From NCBI GenBank assembly GCA_965240325.2, contig OZ251240.1, positions 1,550,001-1,614,000 of the forward strand: a stretch of 64,000 bases of DNA, given 5' to 3'. A program made the translations under genes and the position numbers. The notes beneath the pieces were generated by a model. It saw only the letters and a program-made list of their open reading frames with translations, was not told the DNA's origin and made no database searches. This stretch comes from Rebecca billardiae RCC1528. Lineage: Eukaryota > Protista > Haptophyta. Positions 34,371 to 46,049 of the stretch are shown one piece after another. Position 1 is the stretch's first letter, and each line of letters opens with the position of its first letter.

Positions 34371-35301
34371 GCCGCCGCAGCCGCAGCAGCCGCAGCAGCA
34401 GCCGCCGTACCATGGCCAGCCATACCAGCAGCCCATGGGCGCGCAGCCGGACACGGGCGCGGCGGCTGCCAAGCCCAGCAGCGGCGGCGGCGGCGGTGGC
34501 TTCTTCTCAAGCATGCGCTCCAAGCTGGTCAAGGTGATCGCTGGGGACGACGACAAGCCGTCGCAGGGCGGCTCGGACGGGCGCGGCCCGGCGCAGCCGC
34601 CGATGGACGCGGGTTACGGGTACGGCGGCGCGGGCCAGCCGTACGGCGGCGGGTACGCCGGCTACCAGCAGCCGCCGCCGCAGCCGCAGCAGCCGCCGCC
34701 GCAGCAGCCGCAGCAGCCGGGCGGCGGCTATGGCGGCGCTCAGCAGCCGGCCTATGCGCAGCCGTACGAGCAGCATCCGCCGCCGCACGCGCAGTACTAC
34801 CCGCCCTCGGCGCAGCAGTACCCGCCACAGCCAGCCTCGGCGGGCGGCGGCGCCGGCCCGTACGGCGGCCCGCCGCCGCCTTACGGCGGCGGCGCCGTGG
34901 CCGGGCCATCGGCGTCGCCGATCGGCGCGGCGGCCGCGCCGCTCGGCGCGCAGGGTGGCGCGTACGGTGCGCCGCCCCACGCGCCGTACCCCGGCGCCGG
35001 AGGCCTTGGCGGCGGCGCCGCCGCCGCCCCGCACGAGAGCCCCGGCTACAGCGCTCCGGCCGCTCCGGCGCAGCACGCGCCGTCGGCTGCGGACGCGCCG
35101 CCGAGCGCGGACGCGCGCGGCGGCGCGCCCGCGGACGGCGGCTCGGGCGCGGCGGCGGGGGACGACGGCGGATGGCCCCCGGAGCTGACGTCCCAGGAGC
35201 CAGCCGGGGCGGCGGGGTCGGAGGCGGCGGGCGGCAGCCCGCAGGCTCTGGGCACGGCGGAGCAGCCAGCCGGTGCTGCCGAGGACCGACAGTCCGGGTA
35301 G
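33365..35301 (+). CDS. Two-exon secreted Q/P/G/Y-rich low-complexity protein (intron 33498-33616)
   Basis: Signal peptide MRTAAALLVLLAGVAA; a phase-1 GTGCGC...GCGCAG intron joins it in frame to the polyQ ORF. Alternative ATG at 33341. Confidence 0.8.
33769..33828. repeat. (CAG)n tract encoding polyQ
   Basis: About 20 consecutive CAG units; shorter tracts near 33945 and 34340. Confidence 0.95.
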
Positions 35302-35674
35302 GCCTGGCACGCGGACTCGTGCGACGGTGACACGCCGCGGTCCTGCTGACGAGTGACGGCCGCGCGGGCCGTGACTGCGGACCGTACCGGTGGAGTGATG
35401 GACTCTGGCCGACGAGTGCTGATGCTCAGTAGTGCGAATGATGATTTCACGCTCTAGAGCGGCATGCGTCGTGCGCCCCGAACAGGTCGACGCTGTCAAT
35501 CGGGCGTATATCCTGGCACCGTGCTCAGCATCTAGATGAGTGAGCGGAAATCCGCCGATGCAGGGGGCGGCCTGCACGCCGCGTGCGTCCTGTGAAAATA
35601 TCGGGGGAACGAAATAAATTAAATGCGAATTCCGGCGAATAGGGCCACCAACACGGGTTCAAACGGGCGTGGCG

Positions 35675-36999
35675 ATGGCCGACGACGCCGGGTGCGTGAA
35701 GAGGCGCCTGTCGCTCTCGCTCAAGAAGCGGAGGCGACGAGGCGACGCGGCGGCGGCGGTGGCGGGCGCCGACGTCGCCGCCACACGCGCATCCGCCCCG
35801 TGCGCGCCGCCCCGCGCCGACGACGATGGCGGCGTCGCGGCGTGCACGCCGCACGCCCGAGCGGCGGCGAGCCTGGCGCCGCCGCCGTCGCCGCCGCTCG
35901 AGCTCTCCGCGGGCCCCGGCGCAGCCGTCGCGCGCGAGCGTGCGGAGGGGGTGGCCGCGCTGCCCTGCCCCGTGTGCTCCCTCGACCTCGGCCCCATGCC
36001 CGTCGAGCAGCGCACCGAGCACACCAACGAGTGCCTCGACAGCGCGGCCGAGCGCGCGGCGCCGGCGCCGCCGACGTCGTGCGAGCGAGCGAGCGGCCGG
36101 GCGGAGGGCGTGCCCGCGGAGTGCGCGTGCGTCGTCTGCGCCGTCGACCTCGGCGGCTACTCGCTCGCGCGCCGCATGGCGCACATCGAGCAGTGCCGGC
36201 GCGAGCGCGACGCGCATGCGGCCGCAGAGCGCGCGCGCGAGCTGCGCGGCGCCCTGGCGGCGCTCGTGCCGCCCGCGCCGCCCCCCCCGGCGGTGGACGG
36301 CGGGCGCGCTGAGGCGGGCGTGGCGCACACCGCCGCGCCGCGCGCCGAGGGCCCCGCCGCCGCGCCGCGCACGGCGCTCGACGAGCTGATGCGCGCGGCG
36401 CGCGCCGGCACGCTCAGTCCCCTGCGGCCAAACGGGCGGCGCGTCGGCGCGGGCGGCGCGGCGCGGACGCCGCCGGCGGAGCCCGCGGACGCGTTCGCCG
36501 CGCTGATGCGCGGGAGCGCGTGCGCGGCGAAGAAGGGGGCGCCGCCGCCGGGCGCTGGCGCCGCGCCGCGCGGCCGCGGCGGCGGCCGCGGCGGCGGCCG
36601 CGGCGGCCGCGGCCGCTGGCTGTTCCGAGCGCCGCGCGGCGCGGGCAGCGGCTGGGTGCCTCCGAGCAAGCGCGTCGACGGCACGCCGTTCGTGGTCGAC
36701 GGGTTCCAGTGGGCGCACGGCGGGTGCGCGGACTACTTCCTCACCCACTTCCACGCCGACCACTACGGCGGGCTCAGCCGCGCGCTGCTCGAGCGGCCCG
36801 AGCTCGCGCGCGCGCGCGTGTACTGCACCACGCCCACTGCGGCACTCGTGCAGCTACGGCTGGGCGTGCCGGCCGCTCGGCTGGTGTGCCTGCCGCTGGG
36901 CGAGGCGGTGGCGGTGCGCGAGACGGGGGTGCGCGTCACCGCGCTCGAGGCCAACCACTGCCCCGGCGCCGCGCTGCTGCTCTTCGAGCTGCCCGCCGA

Positions 37000-37033
<34 letters not shown>

Positions 37034-37855
37034 AGCGCGCCACTTGCCGAGCCGGCCGCGGCGCCGCGCGTCGCGGTGCTCCACACGGGCGACATGCGCT
37101 GGCAGCCGTACATGGCGCGGTACGAGGCGCTCGCGCCGTACGCCGGCGGCGGGCTGCGCACGCTCTACCTCGACACCACCTACTGCAGCCCGCACTACCG
37201 GCTGCCGTCGCAGGAGGCCGCCATCGGCGCGGTGGTCGCGTGCGCGCGCGCGCACGCCGAGAGCGCGCGCACGCTGTTTGTGTTTGGGGCCTACTCGATC
37301 GGCAAGGAGCGCGTGGTGCTCGCGGTCTCGCGCGCGCTGGGCGTGCGCATCCACGTCGACCGCGGCCGGATGCGCGTGTACGAGGCCGCGCTCGGCGCCC
37401 AGCTCGACGTGCGCGCCGCCTTCACCACCGACCCGGCCGAGAGCCGCTTCCGCGTGCTGCCGATGGGCCACTTGCGCGCGGACCGGCTGCGCGCGCTCGT
37501 GGGCGGAAGCTCGCGCTGGGCGTCGGTGCTCGCGTTCCGCCCGACGGGCTGGGCGCACCAGCGCGGCGGCGGCGGCGGCGGCGGCGCTCGCGCGCCCATG
37601 CGCGTCACGCGCCGCGGGCGCGTCACGCTGTGCGAGGTCGCCTACTCGGAGCACTCGAGCTTTGACGAGCTGCGCGCGTGCGTGCGCGCGCTGCGGCCCG
37701 CGCGCATCGTGCCGACTGTCGGCGGCGCGGACGAGGGCAAGGCGGCGGCGATGGTCGCCGCGCTGCTGCAGCAGCAGGGCGGCGAGGGCGAGGGCGCCGC
37801 CGGGCCCTTTGGACCGCGCCGCCCTGGCATCAGTAGCGCGGCCGCCGGCCTCTGA
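35675..37855 (+). CDS. DCLRE1A: DNA cross-link repair nuclease SNM1/PSO2 (MBL/beta-CASP) with two UBZ-like zinc fingers
   Basis: FLTHFHADHY, ANHCPGA, LHTGD, LYLDTTY, YSIGKE, FRPTGW, YSEHSSF, IVPTV; CPVC..R..H.NECLD. Confidence 0.93.
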
Positions 37856-38805
37856 GCCGAGCTGGCGACTGCTAGCCAGTCGGCTGCGGTCCGGGTCCGG
37901 GCCATCAGTGCTGATGACTGCTGACGGACGACGACTGCGCTAAAGACCCTTCAGGAAAGGGTCGTGTCGTGGCCCCACTGCGACCGCCCGGACGAGGTCG
38001 AGGGCCGCGCGGAATAGCAGTAGATAGCCGAATAGCTCATCCGTGACTGTGCGACGTCACGCGCCGCTGTTAGTGTTGGGCCTTCGGAGCGCCGCTAGTG
38101 ATGTGAGGCCCTGGCTGGCAGCGCGTCGGAGCGCCCCATACCCACCATGCGGCCGAGTCGTACGGAGTAGCCAGCTCTCACGCCTCTCACGACAGCCTGT
38201 ATTGGCAGCCACACCGTGAGCATAACGCGGCAGCCATCGGAGCCGATCGTCATCACACACACCGTTCAAAATAGAAACATGGGAGCAGCTACGGGACGCA
38301 TCCGCCACTCGTCTCTTCTCCGTACAGTCTACAGACGTCACAGCGTTGCGTGTTGCTGCTCCGGCGGCATCAGCACGCACTCACACCTACGGCTTCGGGC
38401 GTGCAAACTGGCAAAGAGCAGCGCGTGCAAGCTGTAGTTATATTATTGCGTTTCACTGAGTTGCGCAGATCGCGGCGCGTCGGCGGTGACGACAAGGTTA
38501 AGCTAAGGTATTAATAGTGGCATAAGAGACGACGGGTGTCTGGATGACATACAGCATCGAGCATGCCGAAGCGGGCGCATGCCCTTCCAATTATTGCGGT
38601 GTCTACTTGCCCACCATCCACCCCGGCGGACGATCCGGCGATGGCCGCCGCGCGAGTCTACGCGCGCACATTACTGCTCATCAAATAATATAATAATATA
38701 ACTGCTGCGCGCTTAACTGACGCACGCGACTGATATGACGAACTTACGTCGCGTATATATCAGATATATTAACAACGTGGTATGCAACGGGCAGGCGTCA
38801 GAGTC

Positions 38806-38807
<2 letters not shown>

Positions 38808-38861
<54 letters not shown>
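38808..38861. repeat. (TA)n microsatellite
   Basis: About 27 TA units. Confidence 0.98.
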
Positions 38862-38863
<2 letters not shown>

Positions 38864-38879
38864 TAGTACTAGTTATTAT

Positions 38880-39778
38880 GGCCTGTTTTATTTCTACGAG
38901 AGCCCAACGGCGACATTCGCCAAAACGCGGTAAAATGGCGGCGGCTTGCCCGCTGGTGGTGGGTACCGGCGCGAATGCGGAGTAGTGATGGCACGTCGTT
39001 GGCGCATGTTCGTACTAGGGCGCTGAGCTGTAGCGAAGGGTGTTGCCAAGGCATGCTGCTTAGCCTTGCCATGGTGCTTCGCCATGACACAGAGGTCACT
39101 CGCAGCGCACGGCGGTGTGACGATCGCCGCGCCGCGGCGGCAAACCGAGTTGCGGGCGCGCTGCGAGCTGCAAGCACTCTGCCTTGGCTGCGTCGCGCCC
39201 ATGTCAGTTGGTGAACCAAGACTGTTGAACGACAGATGGACTGCAAACGATACCAGCTCCACTCGCTCCGCCGCCCCTTCCTTGTCGAGCGTGAGATGTT
39301 TCCGTTGCGTGCGCTCGCACTGCAGCCTGCATTTGAACGTGGTCACGGCAGGTTGGTGGGCTGGTTGCTCAGGCCTCCTCGGCGTGGATGACGGTAAAGT
39401 GCGCACCCATGACGCGCGGAAAGGCCGTGCACACGCGTCCTCGCGCATCTGGCAGGCTGCAGTCTTGGCCAAGATGATGAGAACAAGCCTGCCAGTGCCT
39501 CGCCACGCGGGCGCGAGCGCGCACAGAGATCTGGCTTCTGACCCGTGCTCTTCAGTGTACCTCGTGTGCGACGACGACGAGGCGGACGAGCGCCGCAACT
39601 GGATTCGTGCACTCACCGGTCACCGAGGAGTGCACGAATCGCATTCCTCACGCACGTGGGGGCCGCCATCGGCCGTGAGAGGTACACTGAACGGGGCGTG
39701 ACATCGATTCCCACTGGCGGGCACGGGTTTGTCGCCGTGACATAGTAAATGGAATCTGGTAGAACTATAAAACAGGCC
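38880..39778. mobile_element. Non-autonomous TIR element family B, copy 1
   Basis: TIR GGCCTGTTTTAT(TTCTAC)...(GTAGAACT)ATAAAACAGGCC with TTAT on both sides; diverged homologue in opposite orientation at 58674-59574. Confidence 0.85.
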
Positions 39779-39961
39779 TTATTGACGACTACCGTCACGG
39801 TACGCGACCGGACGACTCCTGGTCATCAGATCGGCGGACTGACTACGACTACGATATGCACTCAGTGACTGTGAGCGCTGACGACGCGCTGAGGATGGCG
39901 CTGCAATAGCCTCACGGTGGTCAGAGCCTTGGCGCGCGCGCCTTCTGTGCGCGCTCATGAA

Positions 39962-42900
39962 TCACGCCGGCGCCGGCTTGGCCGGCGGCTCGAGCCGCGC
40001 GCCGCAGCCAAACGCGCGGCACACGCCGATCTTGCGCAGCTCCGAGATGAAGATCTTGACCCAAGGGTAGCCGAGCATCACGGGCAGCGCCATCAGCAGC
40101 CACGCCGCGACGAGGTACGTGAAGTCGTCCGGGTCCACGGGCACGTCGCTCACGAGCGGGAGCAGCGTCTTGTACCTGTGCGCGCGCGCGGGCGCGCGCG
40201 GCGCGCGCGCGTGAGCGTCGCCGCGTCGCCGGCCGGGCGCGCGCGCGCGACGGTCGCGCTGGCGGGCCGTGCCGCGCGCACCACTGCGCGAAGATGAGCG
40301 CGATCGCGACGAGGAAGATGCCCATCTTGATCTGCACGATCTCGGGCGGGTGGGGCAGCTCGACGCGCGTCGTGTCGATCGTCGCCTGGAAGACCGTAAT
40401 GGTCTGCACGTTGCACAGCTTGGCCTTGAGAAGCTTCCACGTCTCGTCGATGAAGACCTGCACGCCGCAGAAGGTGAAGCACAGCGCCATCTGCGTCTGC
40501 CGCCACACGTGCAGCAGCGGCCGCGCGAGCCACGGGTTGCAGTGCGGCGTGTTGAAGAGGAGGCAGTACTGCAGACCCCACACGGCCAGCTTGATCAGCC
40601 CGAGCGCGACAGGCAGCACCGGCATCGCGATCACCTTGAGCTGCACGCCGCTGCTCGGCGCGGCGCGGCGCGGGGCGGGGCGGCGCGCGTGAGCCGCTCG
40701 CGCGCTAGGCTGCGGTGCCGGCCGCGCGCGGAGGGGCCGGCCGCGGCGCGCTGTGCGCATGTGCTTTTTGGGGCTGCTTTTTGGGGGGGGGGGGGGGGGG
40801 CGCGCGGCGCGCTCTGCGGCGCACAAGGAGAAGCAGGCCATCAGGATCAGCGGGAAGCCGGAGACGTTGACCGCGAGCACGGTGGTGAAGACGGTGCGCA
40901 TCTTGAGGTCGAGCTTGCGGTTCCACAGCGGGTTGTACCGCCAGAGGATCTGCAGGTTGCCGTGCGCCCAGCGGCAGCGCTGGCGGAACGCCGAGCGGAT
41001 CGTGTCGGGCGCGAGCCCGCGCGTGAACGTGCGAGGGTAGTAGAGCGCGCGGTAGCCGGCCGTGTGCAGCCGAAGGCAGATCAGCGTGTCTTCGGTGAGG
41101 CAGTTGGTGGGGAAGCCGCCGACGGACTCGACGGCCGCGCGCGAGAAGATCGCGTTCGTGCCTGCGCGGCCGGGCGGCGCGCGGTTGGGCCGCGCGGCGG
41201 GGCGAGCTGAGCGTGTGTGCCGCGCGGCCGTGCGCTCGCCCGCCCGGCCGGGCGCGCGCGCGCGCGCGCGCGCGCGCACGCGCGCACACAGCCGCCGCGC
41301 GCACCGAGGAAGAGCGCCTGGTCCGTCGCGTCGAGCGCGGGCTCCCACGTGTCGTACATCATGTCCTGCCGGTGGCCGAGCGGGTCGAGCGGCGGCGCGT
41401 CGCCAAAGACTTGGCGCGTGGCGATGAAGGCGACCGAGCGGTCGGCGACGACGCGGAGGGGCGGCGCGGAGGGCTCGGCCGCGGCGCCCGCGCCGCCTCG
41501 GCCGTCGCGCGTCGGCGGCGTCGGCCCGCCGTCCGCGCCCGTCGTCGTCGCCGTGGTGGGCAGGTGCACCACGTGGAGCATGGCGGGGAGCATCTCCTGC
41601 ACGAAGAGGCCGTGCGGCACCATGTCGCAGTCGAAGAGGACGAAGAACTCCCAGTCGAAGCCGTGGTCTGTGCTCTGCAGCCAATGGTTCATGTTGCCCG
41701 CCTGCGCGCGGGAGGTCGGGAGGACAGGGGCGGGCGCGTCGGGTGCGCGCGCCCGTCCCGCCCTCGCGTGCGCGCGCGGCGTGCGGCGCGCGCACCTTTG
41801 CGTGCGAGTTGTCCGGCCGCCAGACCACGTCAAACCCAGGCCGCTTCTCCTCGGGCAGCCAGCCGCCCGTGTGCAGTTGGAAGCACTCGCGGTACGCCTC
41901 CAGCATCACCGCCTTGCGCGCGTCGCGCACGGGCCTGCGCGGGGGGCGGGGTGCGTGGGGTGGCGTGGGTGTTGGGGTTGGTGGTGGCGGCGTGCCAGCG
42001 CGTCAGGGCGCGCGCGCGCGCGCGCACTGGTTCTGGTTGTCGTCGAGCAGGAAGACGTGGAGCCGGCTCGGCGGGTAGACCTGACGCAGGCACGCGGCGA
42101 TCGTCTTGGCGATGATGTCGTCGGGCTCCTTGTAGCACGGCACGACGATGGCGACCTTGGGCCACTCGGACTTGGGGAAGAGGCCGCGCCGGGCGTGCGC
42201 GCGCGGCGGCTGCGCCGAGCCCGCGCCGGGCGCGGGCGCGGGCGCGGGCGCGCCGCCGCGCGGCGCGCGGCCGACGTGCGCGTCTGGGCGCGCGAGGCTC
42301 GGGTGCAGCGGCGCGAGCGCGTTGAGCGCGATGTTGTGCCGCTCCTTGGGCTCGGCCATCGTGGTGATGAAGCCGCAGAAGAAGGCGGTGAGGTAGAACG
42401 TGATGAACGAGAGCACCAGCGCCACCGGGTCGAGCGGCGCCTGGTGCCACAGCACCCACTGCTCCCACACGAACGAGCACGAGATGAGCGTGACGTGCAG
42501 GCCGGTGAGCGAGAGGTACACGTTGCGCCGGAGGTTGGAGACGACGGGGGCGTGCATGGTGAGGCGCGCGGGCAGCGTGGGCGGCGCGTGGACGGCCTTG
42601 GCCTTCCACTCCGAGAGGAAGAGCGCGTTCGACTGCTGGTGCGCCACGTACTGCTTCCGCTGCCAGAAGCCGCGCCACGCCGCCTGCAGCCGCGCGGCCG
42701 CGCGCACGCGCAGCGCTAGCACCGCCGCGTGCGCGCCGAGCGCGTGGCCCGGCTGCCCGGCGGCGGCGGCGACGTCGTCGGGGTAGGCGGCGGCGTCGGG
42801 CGCGGCGGCGGCGGCGGCGGCCTCCACCGCCGCGCGCCGCGCCTCGGGGCTCATCCGCTGCGCGTTGGCGAGCAGCAGCGCCGCCTGCCGCCGCCGGCCG

Positions 42901-45900
42901 GGCGCGGGCGCGAGCGCGGTCCGCGGCACGAACGCGAGCACGATCGGGAGGAAGCCGAGGGAGAAGACGGCGCCGACGGCGATGACGATGAACATGAGCG
43001 TCATGAGCAGCCGCATCGCCGCCCACCGCGCCCAGAGGAACGGCAGCACCACGAACAGCGTCGTCACCGCGGACGCGAGCACGGCCGAGCCGACCGACTC
43101 GATCGTCTTCACGACGCGCCGCGTCGCGGTCGCGCCGACGCGCGTCGCCATGAACTTGGAGGCGATGTGGATGTGGTAGTCGACGATGAAGCCGACGCCC
43201 ATCTGGAGCATCACGGCGGAGAGGAAGTGCAGGTGCATCGAGAAGTACTTCATCACGCCGAGGATGATCACGTTGCACAGCGCAAGCGAGAGCAGGCATA
43301 TCAGGGAGACCAGCAACGCCTCCCACACCGAGTAGCCGAGGACGAGGCCAAAGGTGACGGCGGCGGCGGCGAGGGTGCAGCGGAGGAGCGCGCGGCGCAC
43401 GTCGGCGCGCATCGTGACGTACTGCTGCAGCCCGAGCCACGACTGCGCCACCGGCGCCGCGTCGAGCGCCCCCTTGTGCGACGCGACCTCCGCCTGCACC
43501 GTGAGCATCGCGCGCAGCTCGCACTCGTGCCGCGACTCGCCGTCGGTCTCGTCGTCGTCGCACGGCGCGAGCTTGAGCGGGATGCGCAGCGCGCAGACGA
43601 CGGCGGAGGCGGCGCCGCCGGGGAGCGCGTCGACGGCGGCCGTGCTCAGCATCGCCGACGGCCCCGCCGCCAGCGCCGACGCGCAGTCTGCGCGCGCCGC
43701 CGCGCCGCCCGCGTCCGCGTCGGCGGCCGCGATCGCATCCGCGGCGCCCGCGGCGGGCGGCGGCGGCGCGGAGCGGCGCGCCCAGGCGAGGTTGGCGGCG
43801 TTGTGCTCGTGCTTCGGCTCCGTCAGGTACGCGCGCAGCGCGACGGAGAAGGCGGCGACCGCGTCGTACTCGGCGACCGCGCCGCCGCCGCCGCCGCTGC
43901 TGTGTGCTGCGGCCGCCGGCAGCGCGGCCGTCGGCGGCGGCGCGGTGCCGTTGGCGGCGGCGTACCCGTCGACGAACTGGAGGAGCCAGGGCGAGACCGA
44001 GTCGACCGCGCTCGACGCCTTCACCGCACCCACCACCTCGCGCAGCTGCGCCTGGTACCCAAACTCGTGCGCGCCGCCGCCCTTCACGTACACGTACGCC
44101 CACTCGCCCTGGTTGAAGCACTCGCGCGAGTGCGCGTCAAAATCGATCAGGTAGGAGCCCGCCTTGGCGAGGCCGGCGACGTCGATGCCGAGCGGGACCT
44201 CGCCCGCGGTGAGGTCGGTCGCGCAGTACGTGCAGATCAGCAGGATCGTCACCAGCGGGATGAACGTGTAGTGCGTGAGCACCTGCGCCCAGATCGGCGG
44301 CGTGCGCCCAAAGTAGCGCGCGAGCCGCGCGGGCGACGCCTTGGCGCCGTACCGCGCGTCGGCGTACGGCTCGGCGAAGATGGGCGGGAGCTCGGGGGCG
44401 AGGGCGCGCGCGTGCGCGGCGGCGGTGGCCGGCTCCTCGTCCTCCTCCGCCTCCGCCTCCCCCGCGCCGCCGCGCGCCGCGAGCTCGTTGAGCGCGAGCG
44501 GCGAGGGCGCGGCCGCGTGCGCGGCCGCGGCGCGCTGCGCGTCGCGCGCCGCGCGGTGGCCCGCCTCTTCGGCGGCGTAGCGCGGGCCGAGGACGAGCGC
44601 CATCGCCGCGCCGAAGACGGCGACCTGCAGCCCAAAGTCGAGCAGCGCGATCAGCGCGGAGAGCCAGCAGAACGACTGGATCGCCAGCACCGAGCTCGTC
44701 GCGCCGCCGATCACGAACACGACAAAGCTCGTGAGCGACGTGCAGAGGCACGAGATGCCCGCCGACTCGAACGCGAGCTGGATGTGCTCGAGCAGCTGCG
44801 GGCGCGAGCCGTGCGCGGCGCGGCGCACCTCGGAGAAGGCGGAGAGCAGCACGAACATGTCGTCCAGCCCGTACCCCATCGCGAGCAGCGGCGCGGCGAG
44901 CCACATCGGCGAGATGGTGAGGCCACACAGCGCCATCGCGACGAGCGCGCCCGTGATCGACAGGCAGATGGCGCAGATCTCGAGCAGCAGCAGCTGGCAC
45001 GCCTCCGAGGCGCGCAGGTTGTGGTTGCGCGCCATGTAGAGCGGCACCGCGCCGAGGATCATCGGCAGCCAGTACAGCGTGAGCACCAGGTCGTCCCAGC
45101 TCATCCCCGACAGCTCCGCGTCGTACGAGCCGGGCACGACCGAGTCGACGCGGATGTGCTCGTAGCGGCCGTGCAGCGTCGAGCGTTGGAACGCGTCGGC
45201 CCACGCGCTCGCGTTGGGGCCGGGCTGGAGCTGGTAGACGAAGCGGAGCATGCGGAAGGTGGCCATGTTCTGCGCCGGCAGCTTCTCCATGCACCCGAGG
45301 TAGTCCGCCATCGCCAGGTCCAGCCCGCCCGAGCCGGTGGCCGCGTGGATGGCCGCGCGGATCATCGGCACCGCCGCGGACATGTGCGACGGCGACGGCG
45401 CCGTGTTGTTCCACAGCGTGAAGATGGAGGAGGGGAGGCACTGCGCGCCGGGGGCGGCGCGGTAGCACACGTCCTCAAAGTCCGGGCCGGTGCGCGCGCT
45501 CGCGCCGCGCACGCTGCGCTGCGTGCGCAGCCGCTCGTCCAGCTGCACCGCCTCGATGATCTGCGGCAGTTGAGTCATCGAGTCGCCCTCGGCGGACGAG
45601 ACGATGGCGACGGCGGTGAGCGGCTCCTCGAAGAGCGAGGTGTACGCGTCGAACTGCACGGACGTGCCCTTCGGCACCCACAGCCGCGTCGAGTCCGACT
45701 CGACCACGATCCGCACCATCCCCGTCGCGAGCAGCAGCGCGCAGAGCAGCGCCGCGAGGAAGCAGCAGCCGAGCACCGCGCGCGGCCGCTCGGCGGAGAA
45801 GCGGCCGAGGCGGCCGATGAGCGAGGAGAGGCGCGGGCCGAACGGGTGCGTCGAGCGCCGCCGCCCGCCCAGCGAGCGCGGCGAGGAGAAGGGCGCGCGC

Positions 45901-46049
45901 GCGCCCGGCGGCGCGCGCGCCGGCGTCGACGCGTCGTCCGACGGCGGCGCGCCGCCGCCGCCGCCCGCCGACGACGTGGGCCCGCCGCCGGCGAGGAGGC
46001 CGTCGCCGCGGAGCTTCTCCGCGGCCGTGCTCACCCGCGCGCCGAGCAT
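39962..46049 (-). CDS. Patched/NPC1-like SSD-RND + IQ motif + cellulose-synthase-like GT2 fusion protein (~1825 aa); exons 46049-42028, 41934-41796, 41701-41305, 41161-40825, 40650-40282, 40175-39962
   Basis: RND half 1: LWVPKG, GYGLDDMFVL, AGISCLCTSLT, IQSFC. Half 2: GFIVDYHIH, VGSAVLASAVTT. IQ: LQAAWRGFWQRKQY. GT2: WPKVAIVVPCYKE, LLDD, HAKAGNMN, FDCD, LTED, QRCRW. Five GTGCG..CAG introns keep frame; 5478 nt spliced. Confidence 0.9.

Noticed and set aside
39921-41930. Stand-alone cellulose synthase gene as given by ORF 39921-41930
   Set aside because: That ORF reads through introns and lacks the N-terminal GT2 motifs, which lie at the end of the Patched-containing exon; the DxD exon is in another frame.
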